Position numbers and translations under genes: made by a program. The notes under the pieces are model-generated. The model worked only from the letters and a program-made list of their open reading frames with translations. It had not been told where the DNA came from and did no database searches. Below are positions 14,709-27,453 of a stretch of DNA of 64,000 nt, one piece after another. Where the stretch lies: positions 10,726,001-10,790,000 of the forward strand of contig OZ024740.1 of assembly GCA_964016885.1 (NCBI GenBank). The letters run 5' to 3'. Source of the DNA: Eledone cirrhosa (lineage: Eukaryota). Position 1 is the first letter of the stretch, and the number at the start of each line of letters is the position of its first letter.

Positions 14709-14756
14709 GTTTAAGCAAAGAATCGCTGCTTTCACCCTTAACGGGATCTTCTGAAA
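14709..14756 (-). ncRNA. Second hammerhead-like motif with CAGAAGA core
   Basis: Minus strand TTT-CAGAAGA-T CCC gttaa GGG T-GAAA-GCA..TGC-TT-AAACT. Confidence 0.55.
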
Positions 14757-15109
14757 GCAGCGATTCTTTGCTTAAAATTTAATCTGTTATTTGAATAAAT
14801 ATATATCTCTCTCTCTCTATATATATATATAAGATTTCTACGAATTTAATTGAGAAAGCTTCGACTAAGCCAAGCTCTCCTGAAGAGAGTTAACGATAGT
14901 ACTACATTGTGTGATTTAACCCATAAGATAGATTTTGTCTCACTCCCTGCTTAATTTTCTATACAACATCAGTTGAGCCGATCTCTTCCGAGTTCTTAGT
15001 TACCCTTCAATGTTTATTTAGATTCCACCACAACAGAGATAGTTAAAATAATATAACACCAGATTATAGTTTTTGTTTATCATTTATGTATATTATCGAT
15101 TTGCTGGGT

Positions 15110-15303
15110 GTCAGACCTCATACGCCTACTGAGTGGGGTGGAACTCATCAAATCGTACAAAGGAAACAATGTTTCTAATGGTATTTCCATTGCTGATACT
15201 ATTTCCATTAGTCTCAACCCCGGGTAAACCATGAAAGAAAGTGTATTTCGAACTCGCAATCCCGCGATTGTGAATTCACGAACCACTAAGCCACACGCCT
15301 TCA
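15110..15303 (-). mobile_element. tRNA-derived SINE fragment
   Basis: Minus strand has A-box TGGCTTAGTGG and B-box-like GAGTTCGAAAT; no full cloverleaf. Confidence 0.55.
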
Positions 15304-15467
15304 CTAATATATTTATGACATTTCCCGGTTATTCGTTGAGTTGGAGAGAATATCCGTTGGACCCTTCCTTCAGATTCTTGTAAAATAATCGACAATAATA
15401 ATTAAAAAAAACTTATCCACCTGTCAATAAATTTTGGAACCAGTTAATTCATTATTTGATCGACAGC

Positions 15468-15730
15468 GACCCGTCTGAGGAAGGATCCCCCGAGGTGGGG
15501 TGGTTGTTGGAGCGGGTGTCACTGGCCATTGTCCGCGGAAATGCTTTTGCCATTTTGTCCGCGGGGCGCAACCGAAACACCCCTCGTGTAGGGTCTGTCA
15601 TCCTGTCCCCTCTTTCTTTCTTTGTTTACTAGTTCTTGCTCTTTCTCTCCTTTTCCTCTCATTTATGCTATTTATAATCCTTTACAATGCTGCTTTATTT
15701 TTCTGTATGTTTAACCAAATAAAAATGAAA
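15468..15730 (+). mobile_element. 3' fragment of CRE-like (restriction-like endonuclease) non-LTR element
   Basis: Encodes WLLERVSLAIVRGNA; homologous to 63100-63470. Confidence 0.6.
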
Positions 15731-16023
15731 TATACCTTATTAAGAAAAAACCAAAAAAAAACCAATTATCTATTACCTTTCTAATCGCAGGAAAACTGTT
15801 TCGAAAGTTACGATTTCTCTATAGTGATATGTTGTTCTAGAATTAATTATAATATCCAGTAGATATTTATGGAATGGTAATAAAAAGGATTGGTGAATTT
15901 CATCACTTTGTTTTTGTTCCAGGATTCAAATAAATACTTTCTATCCAATTACCAGTTTTGTAACATTCCTCCATTCAATTATATTTAACTATCAATTGTA
16001 TTTTTATTTCTTTCAAATTTCAG

Positions 16024-16140
16024 AGTTACTCGACAGGAGTGGAGACGAGGTGGCAACGCTTCTAATAATTCTACAGTCTTTTCACTGCTGGGATTGCCGT
16101 GTGCATTCTTTGGAAGTATAGGCAATAGGAACGGGAAAAC
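16024..16140 (+). CDS. KHK: Ketohexokinase-like gene, internal exon (homolog of human exon 2)
   Basis: tttcag|...|gttagt, 117 bp. Encodes [33 protein letters not shown], cf. human KHK [28 protein letters not shown] (PfkB family). Confidence 0.92.
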
Positions 16141-16287
16141 GTTAGTCTTCAAACATTTTTTCATATTTCTTTACCAAAGATATTTCCTCTAATTTTTAGA
16201 AGTCAGTGTACACAGAAATCCTGGGTAATCTATTCCTGTGGCAAAAGTGTCTGTCACTGAATGATTAATATATTATGTACTACGTTA

Positions 16288-16500
16288 AGGGCTGTGGATT
16301 GACAGTAGAATCGGTAGAGCTTCAGATAGCATGCTTTGTGGCAAACAATTTCCTCACTTTACATTCTGAATTAAAACCCTCCGAGGTTAGCTTTACCTTT
16401 TATCCTTTTCGGGGTTAATAAAACAAAGTACCAGTAACACACTGGGGTCGATTTAAGATAACTAAACTTTTCTGTCCACATTAATTTCTGTTTGTGCTAA
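16288..16500 (+). mobile_element. tRNA-derived SINE with Meta-type core
   Basis: Diverged copy of the CTTTCATCCTT..GGGGTCGATAAAATAAAGTACCAG family. Confidence 0.7.
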
Positions 16501-16723
16501 TTGTCAAATGTGTGTGTTCGCACCTGAGAAGGAACAGTATTTTTAAAGTGGCCCAAATAATCTATATTTTTAACCAAACCTAAACCAGGACCCAAGCAAT
16601 CTTTATTCAACCAGTTTCTCTCTTTCACCCCCTCTTTCGGTCACCCCCTCTCTCTCTCACACTCTCTCCCCCCTCTCTATCACATATATATGCACCTGTA
16701 CATATTTATTACATATATTGCAG

Positions 16724-16858
16724 GTTCCTCATTGAGGACTTCGCCAAATACGAGATTGACATTTCCAGTTGTGCCTTCCACGATCTTCAGGTCAATGAAC
16801 AAACAGTAGTGATAATTAACTCGCAGAATGCTTCCAGAACAATCCTAGCTCCACCAAA
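16724..16858 (+). CDS. KHK: Ketohexokinase-like gene, internal exon (homolog of exon 3)
   Basis: ttgcag|...|gtgagg, 135 bp, phase-compatible. Encodes FLIEDFAKYEIDIS...VVIINSQNASRTIL, cf. FVLDDLRRYSVDL...VIINEASGSRTIL. Confidence 0.92.
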
Positions 16859-16930
16859 GTGAGGAAAATTGTATTTTTCCCTTCACTATTTTTTATTCTC
16901 CTTCGCACTTATTCTTCATTATATCTTTCA

Positions 16931-17120
16931 TAGTATCGGTAGAGGGTTGGACGCCTTGCTTTGCAGCATAGAGTTACGGCCCTTTATGATCGAGGTAAAC
17001 TTTGCCTTTCATCCTTACGGAGTCGATAAAATAAGGTACCAGTAATACAGCTGGGGTCGATTTAAACGACTTTCCCCTCCCCAAAATTGCTGGCCTTGTG
17101 CCTATATAAGAAACCATTAT
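16931..17120 (+). mobile_element. tRNA-derived SINE with Meta-type core
   Basis: Same family as 28412-28630. Confidence 0.75.
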
Positions 17121-17129
17121 ATCTTTCAT

Positions 17130-17513
17130 TATTCTCGGGTCTCGAACAATCGTGTCCCCACCCCTGCTTATTAATTTTTCAAATTTTTCCATCCCCCACT
17201 CTTATCCCCACCCCCAGCCCGCTTATGACATTTTGCTAATCTATCTCCGGCGAAGTTTTATTTTAAGTGGTAGCATTACTGCGACAATTAATTTTCTTTA
17301 TACATTAAAAAAACATTAAACATAACAAATAAATAGGATGGGTTGGGGGTCTCAATATGTAATCTAAATGACCAATTCTGGTTTTTAAACAATCAACAGA
17401 GTCAACCTAGAAAAATTAACGATTTCCAACTCCCTCCACTTAATCTAAACCCCCCACCCCGCTTATTCTAATCTCCCGCTTATTCCATCCCTTATTATTT
17501 GCGACCCGAGAGT
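17130..17513. mobile_element. MITE with ~21-bp imperfect TIRs (Tc1/mariner-like)
   Basis: TATTCTCGGGTCTCGAACAAT ... ATTATTTGCGACCCGAGAGTA, TA at both ends. Confidence 0.6.
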
Positions 17514-17995
17514 AATCGCTCTTCAACTTACGGAGGAAGAGGTTGTTCCGAAACGTTAGACTTCTCTATCTTCTGTACTTTAAACTAATTTATTCTACCT
17601 TGTAACTATTGTTCTGGGCGGCGAATTGGCAGAGTCGTTCGCATGTCGGATTAAGACATATTGCGGCGTTTCTTCCGGATTTCTACATTATTAGCTGAAA
17701 TATTGCTGAGGTCAACTTCTCCTTTCATCCTTTCGTAGTTGATAAATATAGGACACCCCGAGGAAGATGGTTGGATAACATCCATGAGCTTGGCTGGTCT
17801 CGCTTGGGGATGCAGCCGGATCAATTGGAGATGGTTGCTTATGACAAGATCCGCTGGAAGGAGTGTTTAAGGTTTCTGTCCCCATAACCTTCTCGGGAAT
17901 AAGTGAGCGAAGAAGAAAAAGAAAAAGAAAAAGTAGAGATAAAAAGACGTATTAGTATATGAACAAGTTACTTATATATTACTTCTGTATTATAG

Positions 17996-18074
17996 AACAC
18001 TTCCTTCTGTGACATTGGAAGAATTCCTGAAAATTGACTTAGATAAGAATAATTTTAAATGGATTCATTTTGAG
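17996..18074 (+). CDS. KHK: Ketohexokinase-like gene, internal exon (homolog of exon 4)
   Basis: ttatag|...|gtcagt, 79 bp. Encodes TLPSVTLEEFLKIDLDKNNFKWIHFE, cf. [24 protein letters not shown]. Confidence 0.92.
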
Positions 18075-18100
18075 GTCAGTATAATTTATAACTATTAGAC

Positions 18101-18208
<108 letters not shown>

Positions 18209-18281
18209 GTGTGTTCTTTTACGGCTTTACGTATTCTAGCCGACAGGCTGAAACTACACTGGGACACTGCCATTATATATT

Positions 18282-18660
18282 GGACTGTGGATTGGCAGTA
18301 TCGGTAGAGGGTCGGACGCCATGCTTTCCAGCATAGTTACGTCCCTTTACGATCTGAGTTCAAATCCCGCCGAGGTTGACTTTGCCTTTCATCCTTACGG
18401 GGTCGATAAAATAAAGTACCAGTAATGCACTGGGTAATTTGCTGGCCTTGTGCCTAAAGTAGAAACAATTATATATTGGACTGGCAGTATCGGTAGAGGG
18501 TCGGACGCCATGCTTTGCAGCAAAGAGTTACGGCCCTTTATGGTCTGAGTTCAAATCCTTCCGAGGTTAACTTTGCCTTTCATCCTTACAAGGTCGATAA
18601 AATAAAGTACCAGTAATACAATGGGATAATTTCTGGCCCTGTGCCAAAAGTAGAAACAAT
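18282..18660 (+). mobile_element. Two tandem Meta-type SINEs
   Basis: Copies at ~18282-18470 and ~18477-18660, with B-box GAGTTCAAATCC and the GCCTTTCATCC core. Confidence 0.8.
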
Positions 18661-18907
18661 TATATATATATGATGAAGAAAGGTTTCTCCATAATCTCCA
18701 TTTGAAGACTATGTATATCCCCTTTCAGAAACTAATTAGTTGGAGTGAAATTTAAGTAAGTTAATTACTATAATTTTCTTATTTTACGTCTTTCATATAA
18801 TTGTTCGGCATCCTTTTGTATTGAACCACAAAGTTACTAAGACAAAACCTATATATTTGCTAGCGTAAGTATACATCTGTATAAATATGTTGGTAGATAT
18901 ACTAATT

Positions 18908-19019
<112 letters not shown>

Positions 19020-19034
19020 ATATGTATATATATA

Positions 19035-21837
19035 TATCCTTACCAGAAGACGTGACAGAGTGTCTGTTGTAAACACTAAATCCCTCCCCCATGAAGAATG
19101 CACCTCCCAACATAGACTGATAATTAGCGACCTCATAGTCAGGACGAGACGTACTCGACAGCAGAAGAGGACTATCCTCAGGAGAAAAATATGGAAGCTA
19201 AAGGACCCCACAGCCAGGAATAAATTTCAAAGCATATTACTTGATGCTTTCGACAGTAAGGAAGAACATTTAGAGTCGGACAATATAGAGGGAGAGTGGG
19301 AATTTCTGAAAGCAAACCTGCTGTTGGCGACAGACGAAGTCTGTGGCTGGAGCAGGCCTGTAGGCAGGAGGAGAGTAACATGGTGGTGGAACAGTAAGGT
19401 GGAGGGGTCAATTAAGGCCAAAAAGCAGGCTTGGAAAGTATGGCGGGATGGGGGAAGTAGAGTAGACTATCAAGTGGCCAGGAGGGAAGCTAGGAGACAA
19501 GTGTACTTAGCAAGAAGGGAAGCTGAGGAAAGAAAGTTCAAGCATGTTCTACAACGCGATGACCAAAAACGTGAGGTGTTCAGGATTGCTAGGCAATGCG
19601 TCAAGGAAAACCGTGATATTGTCGGGGAGAAGTGTGTACTTAACGATGATGGCACACTTGCCATCACCGACGCTGATAAGAAGGTAGCTTGGAAGTGTCA
19701 CTATGAAAGGCTACTAAATGAGGAGAATAAATGGGAGAAAGACAGTCTCCCCCATATCGACCCAATAGAGGGACCAGCAGTGTTAGTCGAGGGGAGTATA
19801 ATAAGTAAGGCAATCAAGGATATGAAGACGGGTAAGGCGGCTGGGCCTTCGGAAATAGTTGCTGAGATGCTGAAGGCATCTGGCACGGTGGGACACACCA
19901 TGGTCACCCGCATAGTTAACCAAGTCGTACAGAATGGGGTTGTTCCGAAGGACTGGCATAGCAGTATCATCGTTAACTGTTATAAGGGTAAAGGAGACGC
20001 CCTAGATAGGAGTAACTATAGAGGCATTAAATTAATCGACCAGGTCATGAAGGTCACGGAAAAAGTAATAGCACGACTAATCAGAGAGAGAATTGACCTA
20101 GATGAAATGCAGTTCGGGTTTGTGTCAGGCAAAAGTACCACAGACGCTCTTTTCATTGTACGACAACTACAGGAGAAGTACCTAGCTAAAGGTAAACCCC
20201 TCTACTTAGCTTTTGTCGACTTGGAGAAAGCCTTCGACAGAGTCCCCCGCTCCATTATCTGGTGGGCTCTTAGAAAACTAGGCGTTGACGAATGGCTTGT
20301 GAGAGCTATACAAGCCATGTATAAAGAAACAGTCAGCAAGGTTAGAATTAACAACGAATATAGTGAAGAGTTTAGCGTAAAAGTTGGCGTCCATCAGGGC
20401 TCTGTTCTCAGCCCCCTACTATTTATTATTGCCCTTCAGGCTATAACAGACGAGTTCAAGACCGGCTGCCCATGGGAACTCCTATATGCAGACGACCTGA
20501 CACTCATAGCGGAATCAATGGCCGAGCTAGAGAAGAAATTCCAAACATGGAAGCACGGCCTAGAATCAAAAGGCCTTAAAATTAACCTGGCTAAGACTAA
20601 AGTTCTAGTTTGTAGGAAAGAAAATAAGGCGGCGGTCCCTTCTGGGAAATGGTTGTGCTCGGTGTGTAGGAAAGGCGTAGGTAGAAACTCCATTTTATGT
20701 CCTAAATGCAAAGTATGGGTGCATAAAAGATGTAGTGGGATCACAGGTAAGCTAACTAAGAACATAGATTTTACATGTGGCCGGTGCTCTGGTGCAATAA
20801 GTAGCAGCAAGTGCCCACATAATACTAGCTCTTTCAATTGCGCAGAGGGGTCTATAGAAATAGTGGACAGTTTCCGTTACCTGGGTGATAAAATCAGCAG
20901 TGGGGGAGGGTGCTCTGAAAGTACAGTAGCTAGAGTCAGAACTGGTTGGAAAAAGTTCAGAGAGCTTATACCACTATTAGCTGCTAAAGGGTTCTCCCTA
21001 AAAATGAAAGGCAGGTTGTACGATGCCTGCATACGAACAGCAATGTTGCATGGCAGTGAGACCTGGGCATTGTGTGCAGAGGATATACGCAGACTAGAGA
21101 GGAACGAAGCTTGCATGCTCCGCTGGATGTGTAACAGTAATATACGTGAACGGCAAAGCATAAACGAACTAAGGAAAAAATTAGAAATAAGAGGGATCAG
21201 ATGTTGTTTACTCGAGAGAAGGCTACGTTGGTATGGACACGTGATGCGCATGAAAGTCGATAGCTGTATAACAAAGTGCAGGGCAATAAAGATAGACGGT
21301 AGCCACGGAATAGGCAGACCTAGAAAAACCTGGGACGAGCTGATAAACTCCGACCTCACACACTTACACCTCTCCAAGACAATGTCACTGGACCGAGACC
21401 TTTGGCGGTACTCAGTAACAGAGAAGACCCGCCTTACCTAAATACATAGTAAAACCTACTACAGCCAGTAGGCATCTCTAACAAAATACCCCCCCCCCCC
21501 GTCCCACCACCCCACCCCATCCACACCACCCCGTTCTATGTAAAGTTATGTTGGTGCCACACCATCCGAAACAAATGAGATCGTGTAGGTGTCACGACAA
21601 AAAAACACACAGTCCACGCTGTAATGTGGCCGTGTAGGCAACATGGTAAATACCTCCCAGTCCCACACTGTAAATGTGGTTGGTGTTAGGAAGGGCATCC
21701 AACTGTAGAAAACCTGCCAGACGGTCCTATGCGAGCAAGACAATCACTCTTGCCTCAAGTGGGACTACCCCCGTCCAAACCCATGCAAGCGTGGAACACG
21801 GACGTTAAACGTTAATGATGATGATGATGATGATGAT
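19035..21837 (+). mobile_element. 5'-truncated RTE LINE with open RT frame
   Basis: ORF to 21441 (YADD, PHD-like insert), 3' UTR and (GAT)n tail; inserted in (TA)n. Confidence 0.95.
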
Positions 21838-22129
21838 ATGTATAAATGTATATATATATATATGTATATATATATAGGAGACTTAGGGTTTTTTTAAAAA
21901 TAAAAAACCCAGATGTCCTACACGAGTGAAAGTATAAGGAAAAGGAATCGAAAATGCAACTGGAGTCTTTTTAAGAATATTTATTTGTTCCCTTTACTGG
22001 TTTAACAGTTCTTATGCTTTTCAAAAGTAGAATTTAGGTGGAGGGTTTGTGTTTTTTCTTGCATCAGATGCGCAAAGGGAACAAATAAATATTCTTAAAA
22101 AGACTCCAGTTGCATTTTCGATTTCTTTT

Positions 22130-22174
<45 letters not shown>

Positions 22175-22321
22175 AGAAAAGACGAATGACTTCACTTGTA
22201 GTTCTAAACAATTTAATTTAATTATATAATATCATAATTTTACAGTTTGGTTTTGTAGAAAATATACCTAACTGTACCAAGGATTTCACACATTTTCCAA
22301 TATATATATATAAAGTTATAT

Positions 22322-22391
<70 letters not shown>

Positions 22392-22574
22392 ATGTGTATA
22401 TAACTTTGATAGGTTTTGGCCAGTATTGGCCCAGGCCATGTCTAACTTAATAGCACAACTTGGCGAAGTCTTTCAAATCAGGATTTGGGCACCATGGCCC
22501 ACTCAAATAAAGTGTTATTGTTTACGCAGACATATCTTGGTATACGAGGCTTATCCGCGATTTCTTGACGGAAT

Positions 22575-23290
22575 TTGTCCAAAGACATTTTGAACTTTAT
22601 GGTGTTTTAGTACAATTTTAAAGAGAGACGGGCCAATTGAGGTAAAATAGTTGTGCCATATTATTGTTATGAGATGCGAGTTTGATTTTTGTTGTGGGCG
22701 GATAGCACGGGGCTCAAGCCTTAGGTGTACATTAAAGGTGATGCCAATATGATTTAGGCCAAGCAGATGGAATATTTTCCACATCATGCAGATAATATAG
22801 CGCTCACGGCGACGTTGGAGAGAATAGAGTTTGAGTTTTTCTAGTCGACCCCAATATCCAAAGCATGTCATGGCGGCTATCTTTTTCGTGATTTACCTTT
22901 GAGGTGCTTCAATTTTCATGATACATTGTTTCGTTTGGGGAGACCACAGTGGGCAACAGTATTCAAGGTGGGGGTCGGGCAAAGGTAGAGAAGAGAAGGA
23001 TAATGTGTAGATATCTCTCGACTGGTAAATTCTGAGAATCCAGGAACACATTCTGCGGGTCATGTCAATTTTGCTGTTGATATGAGTGGCCCAGATTATG
23101 TTGTTGTCGACAATTACTCCCAAGTCTCTGATGTTGGATGCCATGAGAGTTTCACCTAAAGGAAGATAGTATGGGAGTTTCAGGGCATCCTCTTTTCGAA
23201 AGTCGGTTAACTTAAATTTATCCTAATTCAGGAACATATTCTTTTCCGCCCATTATATAACAGCCAGTAGATCTGATTGGAGGCATGTCC
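22575..23290 (-). mobile_element. Decayed CR1/Jockey-group LINE RT fragment
   Basis: IRDLGVIVD, PHLEYCCPLWSP and LKLYSLQRRRER motifs across frameshifts. Confidence 0.75.
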
Positions 23291-23437
23291 GGTCACCCAC
23301 GCCATTGATGAGATTCTGGTGCTTGGAATCGTCTGCGAAGATTCTTATGTTGCTGTTTGATGACGTCAGTAACGTCATTTACACACACACACAACACAAC
23401 ACAACACAACACAACACAACACAACACAACACAACAC

Positions 23438-23516
<79 letters not shown>

Positions 23517-23774
23517 TGTTATATTTGGGGAGGGTCATATTGTTATAATATTACCAGAAATAATAATAAAACACACTCACGGTTTGGTTTGGAATGGTAT
23601 ATTTTATATTCTGTATATTTTATATCTCCCTAGTTAATTTACCTGACAATCAATGTTTATCATTGATTGACCAACAGTCAAAAATATATATATAAATTCT
23701 CAACTCTCCACATTCGGTTCATTCATCTATATATCTTACAATCCCCCAGAATCAAAAAATCGTATTCAAAATTG

Positions 23775-24106
23775 GCTTTCTATAATTCTGTTCTTTCTCA
23801 CCGTTGTTCTAAAAATAATTCTGCTCCTCGCTTTCTATAATTCTGTTCTTTCTCACCGTTGTTCTAAAAATAATTCTGCTCCTCGCTTTCTATAATTCTG
23901 TTCGTTCTCACCGTTGTTCTAAAAATAATTCTGCTCCTCGCTTTCTATAATTCTGTTCTTTCTCACCGTTGTTCTAAAAATAATTCTGCTCCTCGCTTTC
24001 TATAATTCTGTTCTTTCTCACCGTTGTTCTAAAAATAATTCTGCTCCTCGCTTTCTATAATTCTGTTCTTTCTCACCGTTGTTCTAAAAATAATTCTGCT
24101 CCTCGC
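23775..24106 (+). repeat. 55-bp tandem repeat x6 at the 5' end of the intact RTE
   Basis: GCTTTCTATAATTCTGTTCTTTCTCACCGTTGTTCTAAAAATAATTCTGCTCCTC, near-identical units. Confidence 0.93.
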
Positions 24107-24267
24107 AAACTACCCCATACCCCTCCCTCCCGCCCCCACTCTCCACCTTATTATTTGGACCAATCACAAGTAAACGACCTATGCTAGCTCTTCTGGTTGC
24201 TTTTTCGATATGATGGATGAACTAGGGAATTTCTGGAGAGTCAGAAGAATCTGGACACCCAAAGACA

Positions 24268-27200
24268 ATGCAAAAGATAACGACAAATTCACCTCATGCT
24301 GCCGGACGAAAGGGCAAAGCCCCACCCTCTTTGTTGCGGCCGCGGATGGCCAACATAACCCCAACCCCATCAACCACACCCCTCCCTGCACCCCACCCAC
24401 CAAACGCAATCCAAAACTTCAGAGTTGGTACCATGAATGTAGGGACCTTAAAAGGCCGCTCAAACGAGGTTGTAGAAATGCTTGAACGTAAGGAGGTTGA
24501 TGTCTGCTGCATCCAAGAGACCAGGTGGAGGGGCGGGTCTGCTAGATTCATTGTGGGTAAAAAACGATGCTATAAGCTTTTCTGGGTGGGAAATGACAAT
24601 GGGCTGGGTGGGGTAGGAATCATGTTAGCAGAAAAGTGGGCAGATAAGATAATAGACGTAAATAGAGTGAACGACAGAATAATTAAAATAAGACTTGTCC
24701 TCAATAAAACTACGGTGACAGTAATATCTGCGTACGCACCCCAATCCGGACTGCCCGGCGCTATAAAAGACAGATTTTATGAGACACTGATGCTCGCTAC
24801 CTCCCAAATAACCGACAGTGACTATATAGTTATTGCAGGCGACCTAAATGGTCACGTTGGACAACATTGTGACGGCTATGACGGAATCCATGGAGGCTAC
24901 GGGTTCGGTACTAGAAATGAGGAAGGCTCCAGAATCCTGGAATTCTGCGACGCAAATAACTTAACTATCTGTAACACTAACTTCAAAAAACGAGACAATC
25001 ACTTGATCACCTATAGATCGGGGGAACACACAAGCCAGGTAGATTATATCCTTACCAGAAGACGTGACAGAGTGTCTGTTGTTAACACTAAATCCCTCCC
25101 CCATGAAGAATTCACCTCCCAACATAGACTGATAATTAGCAACCTCATAGTCAGGACGAGACGTACTAGACAGCGGAAGAGGACTATCCTCAGGAGAAAA
25201 ATATGGAAGCTAAAGGACCCCATAGCCAGAAATAAATTTCAAAGCATATTACTTGACGCTTTCGACAGTAAGGAAGTGCAATTAGAGTCGTATAATATAG
25301 AGGAACAGTGGGAATTCCTGAGAGCAAACCTGCTGACGGCGGCAGACGAAGTCTGTGGCTGGAGCAGGCCTGTAGGTAGGAGGAGAGTAACATGGTGGTG
25401 GAACAGTAAGGTGGAGGAGTCAATTAAGGCCAAAAAGCAGGCTTGGAAAGTATGGCGGGATGGGGGAAGTAGAGAAGACTATCAAGTGGCCAGGAGGGAA
25501 GCTAGGAGACAAGTGTACTTCGCAAGAAGGGAAGCAGAGGAAAGAAAGTTCAAGCATGTTCTACAACGTGAGGACCAAAAACGTGAGGTGTTCAGGATTG
25601 CCAGGCAATGTGTCAAGGAAAACCGTGATATTGTCGGGGAGAAGTGTGTACTTAACGATGATGGCATACTTGCCATCACCGACGCTGATAAGAAGGTAGC
25701 TTGGAAGTGTCACTACGAAAGGCTTCTAAATGAGGAGAACAAATGGGAGAAAGACAGTATCCCCCACATCGACCCAATAGAGGGACCAGCAGTGTTAGTC
25801 CAGGGTAGTACAATAAGCAAGGCAATCAAAGATATGAAGACGGGTAAGGCGGCTGGGCCTTCGGAAATAGTTGCTGAGATGCTGAAGGCATCTGGTTCGG
25901 TGGGAAACACCATGGTCACCCGGATAGTTAACCAAGTCGTACAGAATGGGGTTGTTCCGAAGGACTGGCGTAGCAGCATCATCGTTAACTGCTATAAGGG
26001 AAAAGGAGATGCCCTAGATAGGAGTAACTATAGAGGCATTAAATTAATCGACCAGGTCATGAAGGTCACGGAAAAAGTAATAGTGCAACTAATCAGAGAG
26101 AGAATTGATCTAGATGAAATGCAGTTCGGGTTTGTGTCAGGCAAAAGTACCACAGACGCTCTTTTCATTGTACGACAACTACAGGAGAAGTACCTAGCTA
26201 AAAGTAAACCCCTATACTTAGCTTTTGTCGACTTGGAGAAAGCCTTCGACAGAGTCCCCCGTTCCATTATCTGGTGGTCTCTTAGAAAACTAGGTGTTGA
26301 CGAATGGCTTGTGAGAGCTATACAAGCCATGTATAAAGAAACAGTCAGTAAGGTTAGAATTAACAACGAATATAGTGAAGAGTTTAGCGTAAAAGTTGGT
26401 GTCCATCAGGGCTCTGTTCTTAGCCCCCTACTATTTATTATTGCCCTTCAGGCTATAACAGAGGAGTTCAAGACCGGCTGCCCATGGGAACTCCTATACG
26501 CAGATGATCTAACGCTCATAGCTGAATCAATGACCGAACTAGAGAAGAAATTCCAAACATGGAAGCACGGCCTAGAATCAAAAGGCCTTAAAATTAACCT
26601 GGCTAAGACTAAAGTTCTAGTTTGTAGGAAAGAAAATAAGGCGGCGGTCCCATCTGGGAAATGGCCATGCTCAATGTGTAGGAAAGGCGTAGGTAGAAAC
26701 TCCATTTTATGTCCCAAATGCAAAGTATGGGTGCATAAAAGATGTAGTAGGATCACAGGTAAGCTAACTAAGAACATAGATTTTACATGTGGCCAGTGCT
26801 CTGGTGCAATAAGTAGCAGCAAGTGCCCACAAAATACTAGCTCCTTCAACTGCTCAGAGGGTTCTATAGAAATAGTGGACAGCTTCCGTTACCTGGGTGA
26901 CAAAATCAGCAGTGGGGGAGGGTGCTCTGAAAGTACAGTAGCTAGAGTCAGAACTGGATGGAAAAAGTTCAGAGAGCTTATACCACTATTAGCCGCTAGA
27001 GGGTTCTCCCTAAAAATGAAAGGCAGGTTATACGATGCCTGCATACGAACAGCAATGCTGCATGGCAGTGAGACCTGGGCATTGTGTGCAGAGGATATAC
27101 GCAGACTAGAGAGGAATGAAGCTTGCATGCTCCGCTGGATGTGCAATAGTAATATACGTGAACGGCAAAGCATAAACGAACTAAGGAAAAAATTAGAAAT

Positions 27201-27453
27201 AAGAGGGATCAGATGTTGTTTACTCAAGAGAAGGCTACGTTGGTACAGTCACGTGATGCGCATGAAAGACGACAGCTGTATAACAAAGTGCAGGGCAATA
27301 AAGATAGACGGTAGCCACGGAGTAGGCAGACCCAGAAAAACATGGGACGAGCTGATAAATTCCGACCTCACACACTTACACCTCTCCAAGACAATGTCAC
27401 TTGACCGAGACCTTTGGCGGTACTCAGTAATAGAGAAGACCCGCCTTACCTAA
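24268..27453 (+). CDS. RTE polyprotein: APE endonuclease + reverse transcriptase with internal PHD-like finger (1061 aa, uninterrupted)
   Basis: GTMNV, IQETRW, GDLNGH, QVDY, SQH (APE); YRGI, QFGF, FVDLEKAFD, GVHQGSVLSP, YADD, FRYLG (RT). Confidence 0.95.
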   Translation: MQKITTNSPHAAGRKGKAPPSLLRPRMANITPTPSTTPLPAPHPPNAIQNFRVGTMNVGTLKGRSNEVVEMLERKEVDVCCIQETRWRGGSARFIVGKKRCYKLFWVGNDNGLGGVGIMLAEKWADKIIDVNRVNDRIIKIRLVLNKTTVTVISAYAPQSGLPGAIKDRFYETLMLATSQITDSDYIVIAGDLNGHVGQHCDGYDGIHGGYGFGTRNEEGSRILEFCDANNLTICNTNFKKRDNHLITYRSGEHTSQVDYILTRRRDRVSVVNTKSLPHEEFTSQHRLIISNLIVRTRRTRQRKRTILRRKIWKLKDPIARNKFQSILLDAFDSKEVQLESYNIEEQWEFLRANLLTAADEVCGWSRPVGRRRVTWWWNSKVEESIKAKKQAWKVWRDGGSREDYQVARREARRQVYFARREAEERKFKHVLQREDQKREVFRIARQCVKENRDIVGEKCVLNDDGILAITDADKKVAWKCHYERLLNEENKWEKDSIPHIDPIEGPAVLVQGSTISKAIKDMKTGKAAGPSEIVAEMLKASGSVGNTMVTRIVNQVVQNGVVPKDWRSSIIVNCYKGKGDALDRSNYRGIKLIDQVMKVTEKVIVQLIRERIDLDEMQFGFVSGKSTTDALFIVRQLQEKYLAKSKPLYLAFVDLEKAFDRVPRSIIWWSLRKLGVDEWLVRAIQAMYKETVSKVRINNEYSEEFSVKVGVHQGSVLSPLLFIIALQAITEEFKTGCPWELLYADDLTLIAESMTELEKKFQTWKHGLESKGLKINLAKTKVLVCRKENKAAVPSGKWPCSMCRKGVGRNSILCPKCKVWVHKRCSRITGKLTKNIDFTCGQCSGAISSSKCPQNTSSFNCSEGSIEIVDSFRYLGDKISSGGGCSESTVARVRTGWKKFRELIPLLAARGFSLKMKGRLYDACIRTAMLHGSETWALCAEDIRRLERNEACMLRWMCNSNIRERQSINELRKKLEIRGIRCCLLKRRLRWYSHVMRMKDDSCITKCRAIKIDGSHGVGRPRKTWDELINSDLTHLHLSKTMSLDRDLWRYSVIEKTRLT

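Noticed and set aside
20436-21377. Antisense ORFs repeated in RTE copies
   Set aside because: Shadow frames of the RT ORF; they recur only because the copies are near-identical.
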